Below are positions 1 to 11,600 of a DNA stretch of 64,000 nt, one piece after another. The DNA comes from Eledone cirrhosa. Its lineage: Eukaryota. Position 1 is the first letter of the stretch. Each line of letters opens with the position of its first letter. The stretch is taken from contig CAXHJY010001472.1 of the NCBI GenBank assembly GCA_964016885.1, forward strand, positions 806,001 through 870,000, written 5' to 3'. The position numbers and the translations under genes were made by a program. A model generated the notes under the pieces. The model did not search any database, had not been told where the DNA came from, and was given only the letters and a program-made list of their open reading frames with translations.

Positions 1-3000
1 GAAATTATCTCCCCTTGATTTTTTTACAAATTATCTGCCCCTGATTTTTTTTTACAAATTATCTCCCCCTGATTTTTTTTTACAAATTATCTACCCCTGA
101 TTTTTTTTACAAATTATCTCCCCCTGATTTTTTTTTTACAAATTATCTCCCCCTGATTTTTTTAAAAATGATCTCCCCTTGGACGGCTGGAAATGATCTC
201 CCCTTGGCTGGTTGGAAATTATCTCCCCTTGGACCGCTAGAAATTATCTCTCCTTGGACGGCTGGAAATTATTTCCCCTTGATTTTTTTTACAAATCTCC
301 CCCTAATTTAAAAAAAAATTATCTCCCCTTCGCTGGCTGGAAATTATCTCCCTTTGGACGGCTGGAAATTATAGCCCCTTGTAGGGCTGGAAATTATCTC
401 CCCTTGATTTTTTTTACAAATTATCTCCCCCTGATTTTTTTAAAAATGATCTCCCCTTGGACGGCTGGAAATGATCTCCCCTTGGCTGGTTGGAAATTAT
501 CTCCCCTTGGACCGCTAGAAATTATCTCTCCTTGGATGGCTGGAAATTATCTCCCCTTGATTTTTCTACAAATTATCTCCCCCTGATTTTTTTTACAAAT
601 CTCCCAGTGATTTTTAAAAAAAATTTTCTCCCCTTCGCTGGCTGGAAATTATCTCCCCTTGGACGCTGGAAATTATAGCCCCTTGGAAGGCTGGAAATTA
701 TCTTCCCTTGGACGGCTGGAAATTATCTCCCCTTGATTTTTTTTACAAATTATCTCCCCCTGATTTTTTTTTTTACAAATTATCTCCCCCTGATTTTTTT
801 TAACAAATTATCTCCCCTTTGACGGCTGGAAATTATCTCCCCTTGGACGGCTGGAAATTATCTCCCCTTGGACGGCTGGAAATTATCTCCCCTTGGACGG
901 CTAGAAATTACCTCTCCTTGGACGGCTGAAAATTATCTCCCCTTGGACGGCTGCAAATTATCTCCCCTTGATTTTTTTTACAAATTATCTCCCCTTGATT
1001 TTTTTTACAAATTATCTCCCCCTGATTTTTTTTACAAATTATCTTCCCTTGGACGGCTGGAAATTATCTCCCCTTGGAAGGATGGAAATTATCTCCCCTT
1101 GGACGGCTGGAAATTATCTCCCCTTGCACGGCTGGAAATTATCTCCCCTTGGACAGCTGGAAATTATCTGCCCTTGATTTTGTTTTTACAAATTATCTCC
1201 CCCTGATTTTTTTTACAAATTATCTCCACCTGATTTTTTTAAAAATTATCTCCCCTTGGACGGCTGGAAATTATCTCCCCTTGGCTGGAAATTATCTCCC
1301 CTTGGACGGCTAGAAATTATCTCTCTTTGGACGGCTGGAAATTATCTCCCTTTGATTTTTTTAACAAATTATCTCCCTCTGATTTTTTTTACAAATCTCC
1401 CCCTGATTTTTTTAAAAAAATTATCTCCCCTTCGCTGGCTGGAAATTATCTCCCCTTGGACACTGGAAATTATAGCCCCCTGGAGGGCTGGAAATTATCT
1501 TCCCTTGGACGGCTGGAAATTATCTCCCCTTGATTTTTTTTACAAATTATCTCCCCCTGATTTTTTTTTACAAATTATCTCCCCCTGATTTTTTTTACAA
1601 ATTATCTCCCCCTGATTTTTTTTTACAAATTATCTCCCCCTGATATTTTTTTTACAAATTATCTCCGCCTGATTTTTAAAAAAAAATTATCTCCCCTTGG
1701 ACGGCTGGAAATTATCTCCCCTTGGACGGCTGGAAATTATCTCCCCTTGGACGGCTAGAAATTACCTCTCCTTGGACGGCTGAAAATTATCTCCCCTTGG
1801 ACGGCTGCAAATTATCTCCCCTTGATTTTTTTTACAAATTATCTCCCCCTGATTTTTTCTTTACAAATTATCTCCCCCTGATTTTTTTTTTACAAATCTC
1901 CGCCTGATTTTTAAAAAAAATTATCTCCCCTTGGACGGCTGGAAATTATCTCCCCTTGGACGGCTGGAAATTATCTTCCCTTGGACGGCTAGAAATTACC
2001 TCTCCTTGGACGGCTGAAAATTATCTCCCCTTGGACGGCTGGAAATTATCTCCCCTTGATTTTTTTACAAATTATCTGCCCCTGATTTTTTTTTTACAAA
2101 TTATCTCCCCCTGATTTTTTTAAAAATGATCTCCCCTTGGACGGCTGGAAATGATCTCCCCTTGGCTGGTTGGAAATTATCTCCCCTTGGACCGCTAGAA
2201 ATAATCTCTCCTTGGACGGCTGGAAATTATCTCCCCTTGATTTTTTTTACAAATCTCCCCCTAATTTAAAAAAAAATTATCTCCCCTTCGCTGGCTGGAA
2301 ATTATCTCCCTTTGGACGGCTGGAAATTATAGCCCCTTGTAGGGCTGGAAATTATCTCCCCTTGGACGGCTGGAAATTATCTCCCCTTGATTTTCTTTAC
2401 AAATTATCTCCCCCTGACTTTTTTAAAAATGATCTCCCCTTGGACGGCTGGAAATGATCTCCCCTTGGCTGGTTGGAAATTTTCTCCCCTTGGACCGCTA
2501 GAAATTATCTCTCCTTGGACGGCTGGAAATTATCTCCCCTTGATTTTTTTACAAATTATCTCCCCCTGATTTTTTTTACAAATCTCCCAGTGATTTTTTA
2601 AAAAAATTATCTCCCCTTCGCTGGCTGGAAATTATCTCCCCTTGGACGCTGGAAATTATAGCCCCTTGGAGGGCTGGAAATTATCTTCCCTTGGACGGCT
2701 GGAAATTATCTCCCCTTGATTTTTTTTTACAAATTATCTCCCCCTGATTTTTTTTTACAAATTATCTCCCCCTGATTTTTTTTACAAATTATCTCCCCCT
2801 GATTTTTTTTAACAAATTATCTCCCCTTGGACGGCTGGAAATTATCTCCCCTTGGACGGCTGGAAATTATCTCCCCTTGGACGGCTAGAAATTACCTCTC
2901 CTTGGACAGCTGAAAATTATCTCCCCTTGGACGGCTGCAAATTATCTCCCCTTGATTTTTTTTACAAATTATCTCCCCTTGATTTTTTTTTACAAATTAT

Positions 3001-4077
3001 CTCCCCCTGATTTTTTTTACAAATTATCTCCCCCTGATTTTTTTTTACAAATTATCTCCCCCTGATTTTTTTTACAAAATATCTCCCCCTGATTTTTTTA
3101 CAAATTATCTCCCCCTGATTTTTTTTACAATCTCCGCCTGATTTTTTTAAAAATTATCTTGCCTTGGCTGGCTGGAAATTATCTCCCCTTGGACGGCTGG
3201 AAATTATCTCCCCTTGGAAGGATGGAAATTATCTCCCCTTGGACGGCTGGAAATTATCTCCCCTTGCACGGCTGGAAATTATCTCCCCTTGGACAGCTGG
3301 AAATTATCTGCCCTTGATTTTGTTTTTACAAATTATGTTCCCCTGATTTTTTTTACAAATTATCTCCACCTGATTTTTTAAAAAATTATCTCCCCTTGGA
3401 CGGCTGGAAATTATCTCCCCTTGGTTGGAAATTATCTCCCCTTGGACGGCTAGAAATTATCTCTGTTTGGACGGCTGGAAATTATCTCCCTTTGATTTTT
3501 TTAACAAATTATCTCCCTCTGATTTTTTTTACAAATCTCCCCCTGAATTTTTTAAAAAAATTATCTCCCCTTCGCTGGCTGGAAATTATCTCCCCTTGGA
3601 CACTGGAAATTATAGCCCCCTGGAGGGCTGGAAATTATCTTCCCTTGGACGGCTGGAAATTATCTCCCCTTGATTTTTTTTACAAATTATCTCCCCCTGA
3701 TTTTTTTTTTACAAATTATCTCCCCCTGATTTTTTTTACAAATTATCTCCCCCTGATTTTTTTACAAATTATCTCCGCCTGATTTTTTTAAAAATTATCT
3801 TCCCTTGGCTGGCGGGAAATTATCTCCCCTTGGACGGCTGGAAATTATCTCCCCTTGGAAGGATGGAAATTATCTCCCCTTGGACAGCTGGAAATTATCT
3901 CCCCTTGGACGGCTGAAAATTATCTCCCCTTGATTTTTTTTTTACAAATTATCTCCCCCTGATTTTTTTTTACAAATTATCTCCCCCTGATTTTTTTTTT
4001 ACAAATTATCTCTCCCTGATTTTTTTTACAAATATCTCCCCTTGGCTGGCTGGAAATTATCTCCCCTTGGACGGTTG

Positions 4078-4185
4078 GAAATTATCTCCCCTTGGACGGC
4101 TGGAAATTATCTCCCCTTGGACGGCTGGAAATTATCTCCTCTTGGACGGCTGGAAATTATCTCCCCTTGGACGGCTGGAAATTAT
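4078..4185 (+). repeat. Representative run of monomer A (25 bp, AAATTATCTCCCCTTGGACGGCTGG)
   Basis: Consecutive 25-bp units read directly from the sequence. Runs of about 2-7 A units recur throughout the window. Confidence 0.97.
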
Positions 4186-4762
4186 CTGCCCTTGATTTTT
4201 TTTTACAAATTATCTCCCCCTGATTTTTTTAAAAATGATCTCCCCTTGGACGGCTGGAAATGATCTCCCCTTGGCTGGTTGGAAATTATCTCCCCTTGGA
4301 CCGCTAGAAATTATCTCTCCTTGGACGGCTGGAAATTATCTCCCCTTGATTTTTTTACAAATTATCTCGTCCTGATTTTTTTTACAAATCTCCCAGTGAT
4401 TTTTAAAAAAAAATTATCTCCCCTTCGCTGGCTGGAAATTATCTCACCTTGGACGCTGGAAATTATAGCCCCTTGGAGGGCTGGAAATTATCTTCACTTG
4501 GACGGCTGGAAATTATCTCCCCTTGATTTTTTTTACAAATTATCTCCCCCTGATTTTTTTTTACAAATTATCTCCCCCGGATTTTTTTTATAAATTATCT
4601 CCCCCTGATTTTTTTTAACAAATTATCTCCGCCTGATTTTAAAAAAAAAATTATCTCCCCTTAGACGGCTGGAAATTATCTCCCCTTGGACGGCTGGAAA
4701 TTATCTCCCCTTGGACGGCTAGAAATTGGACGGCTGAAAATTATCTCCCCTTGGACGGCTGC

Positions 4763-5040
4763 AAATTATCTCCCCTTGATTTTTTTTACAAATTATCTCC
4801 CCCTGATTTTTTTTTACAAATTATCTCCCCCTGATTTTTTTTTACAAATTATCTCCCCCTGATTTTTTTTTACAAATTATCTACCCCTGATTTTTTTTTA
4901 CAAATTATCTCCCCCTGATTTTTTTTTACAAATTATCTCCCCCTGATTTTTTTTTACAAATTATCTCCCCCTGATTTTTTTTTTACAAATTATCTCCCCC
5001 TGATTTTTTTACAAATTATCTCCCCCTGATTTTTTTTACA
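4763..5040 (+). repeat. Representative long run of monomer B (AAATTATCTCCCCCTGA-T7..10-AC), about 10 units
   Basis: Consecutive T-tract units read directly. The equivalent run recurs near 15435, 26220, 31160, 38270, 42030, 48930 and 57795. Confidence 0.97.
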
Positions 5041-5655
5041 ATCTCCGCCTGATTTTTTAAAAAATGATCTCCCCTTGGACGGCTGGAAATGATCTCCCCT
5101 TGGCTGGTTGGAAATTATCTCCCCTTGGACCGCTAGAAATTATCTCTCCTTGGACGGCTGGAAATTATCTCCCCTTGATTTTTTTACAAATTATCTCCCC
5201 CTGATTTTTTTTTACAAATTATCTCCGCCTGATTTTTTAAAAAAAATTATCTCCCCTTGGACGGCTGGAATTATCTCCCCTTGGACGGCTGGAAATTATC
5301 TCCCCTTGGACGGCTAGAAATTACCTCTCCTTGGACGGCTGAAAATTATCTCCCCTTGGACGGCTGCAAATTATCTTCCCTTGATTTTTTTTACAAATTA
5401 TCTCCCCCTGATTTTTTTTTACAAATTATCTACCCCTGATTTTTTTTACAAATTATCTCCCCCTGATTTTTTTTTACAAATTATCTCCCCCTGATTTTTT
5501 TTTACAAATTATCTCCCCCTGATTTTTTTACAAATTATCTCCCCCTGATTTTTTTTACAATCTCCGCCTGATTTTTTAAAAAATAATCTCCCCTTGGCTG
5601 GCGGGAAATTATCTCCCCTTGGACGGCTGGAAATTATCTCCCCTTGGAAGGATAG

Positions 5656-8600
5656 AAATTATCTCCCCTTGGACGGCTGGAAATTATCTCCCCTTGCACG
5701 GCTGGAAATTATCTCCCCTTGGACAGCTGGAAATTATCTGCCCTTGATTTTGTTTTTACAAATTATCTCCCCCTGATTTTTTTTACAAATTATCTCCACC
5801 TGATTTTTTAAAAAATTATCTCCCCTTGGACGGCTGGAAATTATCTCCCCTTGGCTGGAAATTATCTCCCCTTGGACGGCTAGAAATTATCTCTCTTTGG
5901 ACGGCTGGAAATTATCTCCCTTTGATTTTTTTTACAAATTATCTCCCTCTGATTTTTTTTACAAATCTCCCCCTGATTTTTAAAAAAAAATTATCTCCCC
6001 TTCGCTGGCTGGAAATTATCTCCCCTTGGACACTGGAAATTATAGCCCCTTGGAGGGCTGGAAATTATCTTCCCTTGGACGGCTGGAAATTATCTCCCCT
6101 TGATTTTTTTTACAAATTATCTCCCCCTGATATTTTTTTTACAAATTATCTCCCCCTGATTTTTTTACAAATTATCTCCCCCTGATTTTTTTTACAAATT
6201 ATCTCCGCCTGATTTTTTTAAATATTATCTTCCCTTGGCTGGCGGGAAATTATCTCCCCTTGGACGGTTGGAAATTATCTCCCCTTGCACTGCTGGAAAT
6301 TATCTCCCCTTGGACGGCTGGAAATTATCTCCCCTTGCACGGCTGGAAATTATCATCCCCTTGGACGGCTGAAAATTATCTCCCCTTGATTTTTTTTTAC
6401 AAATTATCTGCCCCTGATTTTTTTTTACAAATTATCTCCCCCTGATTTTTTTTTACAAATTATCTCCGCCTGATTTTTAAAAAAAAATTATCTCCCCTTA
6501 GACGGCTGGAAATTATCTCCCCTTGGACGGCTGGAAATTATCTCCCCTTGGACGGCTAGAAATTGGACGGCTGAAAATTATCTCCCCTTGGACGGCTGCA
6601 AATTATCTCCCCTTGATTTTTTTTACAAATTATCTCCCCCTGATTTTTTTTTACAAATTATCTCCCCCTGATTTTTTTTTTACAAATTATCTCCCCCTGA
6701 TTTTTTTACAAATTATCTCCCCCTGATTTTTTTTACAATCTCCGCCTGATTTTTTAAAAAATTATCTTCCCTTGGCTGGCGGGAAATTATCTCCCCTTGG
6801 ACGGCTGGAAATTATCTCCCCTTGGCTGGAAATTATCTCCCCTTGGACACTGGAAATTATAGCCCCTTGGAGGGCTGGAAATTATCTTCCCTTGGACGGC
6901 TGGAAATTATCTCCCCTTGATTTTTTTACAAATTATCTGCCCCTGATTTTTTTTTACAAATTATCTCCCCCTGATTTTTTTTTACAAATTATCTACCCCT
7001 GATTTTTTTTACAAATTATCTACCCCTGATTTTTTTTTTACAAATTATCTCCCCCTGATTTTTTTAAAAATGATCTCCCCTTGGACGGCTGGAAATGATC
7101 TCCCCTTGGCTGGTTGGAAATTATCTCCCCTTGGACCGCTAGAAATTATCTCTCCTTGGATGGCTGGAAATTATCTCCCCTTGATTTTTCTACAAATTAT
7201 CTCCCCCTGATTTTTTTTACAAATCTCCCAGTGATTTTTAAAAAAAATTTTCTCCCCTTCGCTGGCTGGAAATTATCTCCCCTTGGACGCTGGAAATTAT
7301 AGCCCCTTGGAAGGCTGGAAATTATCTTCCCTTGGACGGCTGGAAATTATCTCCCCTTGATTTTTTTTTACAAATTATCTTCCCCTGATTTTTTTTTTTA
7401 CAAATTATCTCCCCCTGATTTTTTTTAACAAATTATCTCCCCTTGGACGGCTGGAAATTATCTCCCCTTGGACGGCTGGAAATTATCTCCCCTTGGACGG
7501 CTGCAAATTATCTCCCCTTGATTTTTTTTACAAATTATCTCCCCTTGATTTTTTTTACAAATTATCTCCCCCTGATTTTTTTTACAAATTATCTTCCCTT
7601 GGACGGCTGGAAATTATCTCCCCTTGGAAGGATGGAAATTATCTCCCCTTGGACGGCTGGAAATTATCTCCCCTTGCACGGCTGGAAATTATCTCCCCTT
7701 GGACAGCTGGAAATTATCTGCCCTTGATTTTGTTTTTACAAATTATCTCCCCCTGATTTTTTTTACAAATTATCTCCACCTGATTTTTTTAAAAATTATC
7801 TCCCCTTGGACGGCTGGAAATTATCTCCCCTTGGCTGGAAATTATCTCCCCTTGGACGGCTAGAAATTATCTCTCTTTGGACGGCTGGAAATTATCTCCC
7901 TTTGATTTTTTTAACAAATTATCTCCCTCTGATTTTTTTTACAAATCTCCCCCTGATTTTTTTAAAAAAATTATCTCCCCTTCGCTGGCTGGAAATTATC
8001 TCCCCTTGGACACTGGAAATTATAGCCCCCTGGAGGGCTGGAAATTATCTTCCCTTGGACGGCTGGAAATTATCTCCCCTTGATTTTTTTTACAAATTAT
8101 CTCCCCCTGATTTTTTTTTACAAATTATCTCCCCCTGATTTTTTTTACAAATTATCTCCCCCTGATTTTTTTTTACAAATTATCTCCCCCTGATATTTTT
8201 TTTACAAATTATCTCCGCCTGATTTTTTAAAAAAAATTATCTCCCCTTGGACGGCTGGAAATTATCTCCCCTTGGACGGCTGGAAATTATCTCCCCTTGG
8301 ACGGCTAGAAATTACCTCTCCTTGGACGGCTGAAAATTATCTCCCCTTGGACGGCTGCAAATTATCTCCCCTTGATTTTTTTTACAAATTATCTCCCCCT
8401 GATTTTTTTTTTACAAATTATCTCCCCCTGATTTTTTTTTTACAAATCTCCGCCTGATTTTTAAAAAAAATTATCTCCCCTTGGACGGCTGGAAATTATC
8501 TCCCCTTGGACGGCTGGAAATTATCTTCCCTTGGACGGCTAGAAATTACCTCTCCTTGGACGGCTGAAAATTATCTCCCCTTGGACGGCTGGAAATTATC

Positions 8601-11600
8601 TCCCCTTGATTTTTTTACAAATTATCTGCCCCTGATTTTTTTTTTACAAATTATCTCCCCCTGATTTTTTTAAAAATGATCTCCCCTTGGACGGCTGGAA
8701 ATGATCTCCCCTTGGCTGGTTGGAAATTATCTCCCCTTGGACCGCTAGAAATAATCTCTCCTTGGACGGCTGGAAATTATCTCCCCTTGATTTTTTTTAC
8801 AAATCTCCCCCTAATTTAAAAAAAAATTATCTCCCCTTCGCTGGCTGGAAATTATCTCCCTTTGGACGGCTGGAAATTATAGCCCCTTGTAGGGCTGGAA
8901 ATTATCTCCCCTTGGACGGCTGGAAATTATCTCCCCTTGATTTTCTTTACAAATTATCTCCCCCTGACTTTTTAAAAAATGATCTCCCCTTGGACGGCTG
9001 GAAATGATCTCCCCTTGGCTGGTTGGAAATTTTCTCCCCTTGGACCGCTAGAAATTATCTCTCCTTGGACGGCTGGAAATTATCTCCCCTTGATTTTTTT
9101 ACAAATTATCTCCCCCTGATTTTTTTTACAAATCTCCCAGTGATTTTTTAAAAAAATTATCTCCCCTTCGCTGGCTGGAAATTATCTCCCCTTGGACGCT
9201 GGAAATTATAGCCCCTTGGAGGGCTGGAAATTATCTTCCCTTGGACGGCTGGAAATTATCTCCCCTTGATTTTTTTTTACAAATTATCTCCCCCTGATTT
9301 TTTTTTACAAATTATCTCCCCCTGATTTTTTTTACAAATTATCTCCCCCTGATTTTTTTAAACAAATTATCTCCCCTTGGACGGCTGGAAATTATCTCCC
9401 CTTGGACGGCTGGAAATTATCTCCCCTTGGACGGCTAGAAATTACCTCTCCTTGGACAGCTGAAAATTATCTCCCCTTGGACGGCTGCAAATTATCTCCC
9501 CTTGATTTTTTTTACAAATTATCCCCCCTTGATTTTTTTTTACAAATTATCTCCCCCTGATTTTTTTTACAAATTATCTCCCCCTGATTTTTTTTTACAA
9601 ATTATCTCCCCCTGATTTTTTTTACAAAATATCTCCCCCTGATTTTTTTACAAATTATCTCCCCCTGATTTTTTTTACAATCTCCGCCTGATTTTTTTAA
9701 AAATTATCTTGCCTTGGCTGGCTGGAAATTATCTCCCCTTGGACGGCTGGAAATTATCTCCCCTTGGAAGGATGGAAATTATCTCCCCTTGGACGGCTGG
9801 AAATTATCTCCCCTTGCACGGCTGGAAATTATCTCCCCTTGGACAGCTGGAAATTATCTGCCCTTGATTTTGTTTTTACAAATTATCTCCCCCTGATTTT
9901 TTTTACAAATTATCTCCACCTGATTTTTTAAAAAATTATCTCCCCTTGGACGGCTGGAAATTATCTCCCCTTGGCTGGAAATTATCTCCCCTTGGACGGC
10001 TAGAAATTATCTCTCTTTGGACGGCTGGAAATTATCTCCCTTTGATTTTTTTTACAAATTATCTCCCTCTGATTTTTTTTACAAATCTCCCCCTGATTTT
10101 TAAAAAAAAATTATCTCCCCTTCGCTGGCTGGAAATTATCTCCCCTTGGACACTGGAAATTATAGCCCCTTGGAGGGCTGGAAATTATCTTCCCTTGGAC
10201 GGCTGGAAATTATCTCCCCTTGATTTTTTTTACAAATTATCTCCCCCTGATATTTTTTTTACAAATTATCTCCCCCTGATTTTTTTACAAATTATCTCCC
10301 CCTGATTTTTTTTACAAATTATCTCCGCCTGATTTTTTTAAATATTATCTTCCCTTGGCTGGCGGGAAATTATCTCCCCTTGGACGGTTGGAAATTATCT
10401 CCCCTTGCACTGCTGGAAATTATCTCCCCTTGGACGGCTGGAAATTATCTCCCCTTGCACGGCTGGAAATTATCATCCCCTTGGACGGCTGAAAATTATC
10501 TCCCCTTGATTTTTTTTTACAAATTATCTGCCCCTGATTTTTTTTTACAAATTATCTCCCCCTGATTTTTTTTTACAAATTATCTCCGCCTGATTTTTAA
10601 AAAAAAATTATCTCCCCTTAGACGGCTGGAAATTATCTCCCCTTGGACGGCTGGAAATTATCTCCCCTTGGACGGCTAGAAATTGGACGGCTGAAAATTA
10701 TCTCCCCTTGGACGGCTGCAAATTATCTCCCCTTGATTTTTTTTACAAATTATCTCCCCCTGATTTTTTTTTACAAATTATCTCCCCCTGATTTTTTTTT
10801 TACAAATTATCTCCCCCTGATTTTTTTACAAATTATCTCCCCCTGATTTTTTTTACAATCTCCGCCTGATTTTTTAAAAAATTATCTTCCCTTGGCTGGC
10901 GGGAAATTATCTCCCCTTGGACGGCTGGAAATTATCTCCCCTTGGCTGGAAATTATCTCCCCTTGGACACTGGAAATTATAGCCCCTTGGAGGGCTGGAA
11001 ATTATCTTCCCTTGGACGGCTGGAAATTATCTCCCCTTGATTTTTTTACAAATTATCTGCCCCTGATTTTTTTTTACAAATTATCTCCCCCTGATTTTTT
11101 TTTACAAATTATCTACCCCTGATTTTTTTTACAAATTATCTACCCCTGATTTTTTTTTTACAAATTATCTCCCCCTGATTTTTTTAAAAATGATCTCCCC
11201 TTGGACGGCTGGAAATGATCTCCCCTTGGCTGGTTGGAAATTATCTCCCCTTGGACCGCTAGAAATTATCTCTCCTTGGATGGCTGGAAATTATCTCCCC
11301 TTGATTTTTCTACAAATTATCTCCCCCTGATTTTTTTTACAAATCTCCCAGTGATTTTTAAAAAAAATTTTCTCCCCTTCGCTGGCTGGAAATTATCTCC
11401 CCTTGGACGCTGGAAATTATAGCCCCTTGGAAGGCTGGAAATTATCTTCCCTTGGACGGCTGGAAATTATCTCCCCTTGATTTTTTTTTACAAATTATCT
11501 TCCCCTGATTTTTTTTTTTACAAATTATCTCCCCCTGATTTTTTTTAACAAATTATCTCCCCTTGGACGGCTGGAAATTATCTCCCCTTGGACGGCTGGA

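Larger units (their letters stand above)
1256..7805 (+). repeat. Shortened HOR copy (6550 bp) carrying internal deletions near 5200, 7140 and 7490
   Basis: There is a constant 6550 offset for markers 1074/7624, 1256/7806, 1722/8272, 2170/8720 and 3164/9714. Blocks present in the 22.9-29.8 kb copy are missing here. Confidence 0.85.

Noticed and set aside
1671-1690. Tn-An palindromes and T-tracts as intrinsic terminators or retroelement tails/targets
   Set aside because: There is no GC-rich stem before the T-tracts, no transcription unit, and no inserted element or target-site duplication at any TTAAAA site.
3808-3816. Chi-like GCTGGCGG (and GCTGGTTGG elsewhere)
   Set aside because: These do not match Chi (GCTGGTGG) exactly, arise as simple variants of the A spacer, and nothing suggests a bacterial context.
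4763-5040. Phased A-tract intrinsic curvature in B runs
   Set aside because: T-tracts repeat every 26-29 bp (about 2.5-2.75 helical turns), out of phase with 10.5 bp, so additive bending is not expected. A curvature calculation would be needed to claim otherwise.
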